Translations under genes and position numbers: made by a program
The notes under the pieces: model-generated
The model's input: the letters and a program-made list of their open reading frames with translations, nothing else
What the model was told of the DNA's origin: nothing
The model's database searches: none
Shown: piece by piece, positions 63,308 to 64,000 of the stretch
Numbering within the stretch: the stretch's first letter is position 1
How the letters are laid out: each line of letters begins with the position of its first letter
Assembly (NCBI GenBank): GCA_049724395.1
Contig: JAUGWO010000115.1
Span: 1 to 64,000, forward strand
Length of the DNA stretch: 64,000 bases
Direction of reading: 5' to 3'
From: Spongospora subterranea f. sp. subterranea
Lineage: Eukaryota

Positions 63308-64000
63308 TAGGACAAATAACCCGATTAATGTGTACAAACAACCGTTGTGACAGTAGAATGTTCCCTTCGCCTCATCCCAGCCTGACAGTTTGAATTGACG
63401 TTTTTCGTGGAGACGATGAGTCGTTTGTTCGTTTGTTAGACGATATCGATCAGGGAATCAGTGTTGCACTGTCTCATGCGCCTTCTATTGTGCCAACACA
63501 GGCGTTTTTCTCCTGGCTATAATAAATTTAGCCACCGATTTGATTCAGAAAACACGACAATGGTGGAGAGGTTTGTGTTCTGATTTGTTTCAGATGCTAT
63601 CTCAAAATTCATGAATCACGTAGAAGCAACAATATTCGTGTCATGGGCTCATTGCGCTTTACATTCGTGAACGCAGAGTTGTCTACACCTGTTGTGGCAA
63701 CTGCTGTGTCACATCATGTTGACGATGTGTGATACCATCTCATCTCATTTGTCAGCTTGATGACGTGGCAGAATCAGATAATTGCAACACCTGTGATGCA
63801 TATTCTGTTCCCGATGCAGTATACTCGCATACAACGCAGACAATTTCAGGTATTGCAATGATAAAAAATGAGCAACTCGTTTCACCCTTCTATAAAACAG
63901 GCACAATCTTGCTATGATAGTGATCAGGAAATTGCTGCACGAGGGACATTCTGAATTCTCCAAGACAAGAGTCAGAAGTTGCAATAGAAGCGGAGGACGT

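Noticed and set aside
1..64000. tRNA or rRNA genes, and the many antisense ORFs in the track
   Set aside because: No cloverleaf or rRNA signature was seen; the overlapping ORFs are shadows of the called genes.

Overview
Eukaryotic nuclear DNA with short GT-AG introns and closely packed genes. It is probably a protist; a plasmodiophorid-like organism is a guess from general character only. Host genes: an ADAM-type metalloprotease, an MFS sugar porter, COX20, a large UBR4/BIG-like gene, a TTLL tubulin ligase, an F-box gene, COX15, a divergent G-alpha and a stand-alone dihydroorotase. The most unusual host gene (38354-41545) appears to splice two cyclic-nucleotide-binding domains, an aralar/citrin-like EF-hand region and an adenine-nucleotide/CoA-type mitochondrial carrier into one protein; this needs two 1-nt indels corrected. 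About half the window is transposon-derived: a near-intact LINE (APE-RT-RNase H) inserted in a MULE, a TIR-bounded MULE deletion derivative, a decayed chromodomain Ty3/gypsy element carrying SURF6 fragments, a Crypton-like tyrosine recombinase pseudogene, piggyBac-like and MULE remnants, and a nested Stowaway-type mariner holding a P-like element. At least seven separate fold-back (inverted) duplications of 50-400 bp sit inside these transposon remnants and none was seen in the host genes. All family calls come from motif recognition by eye; no database search was run, and exon boundaries are approximate.
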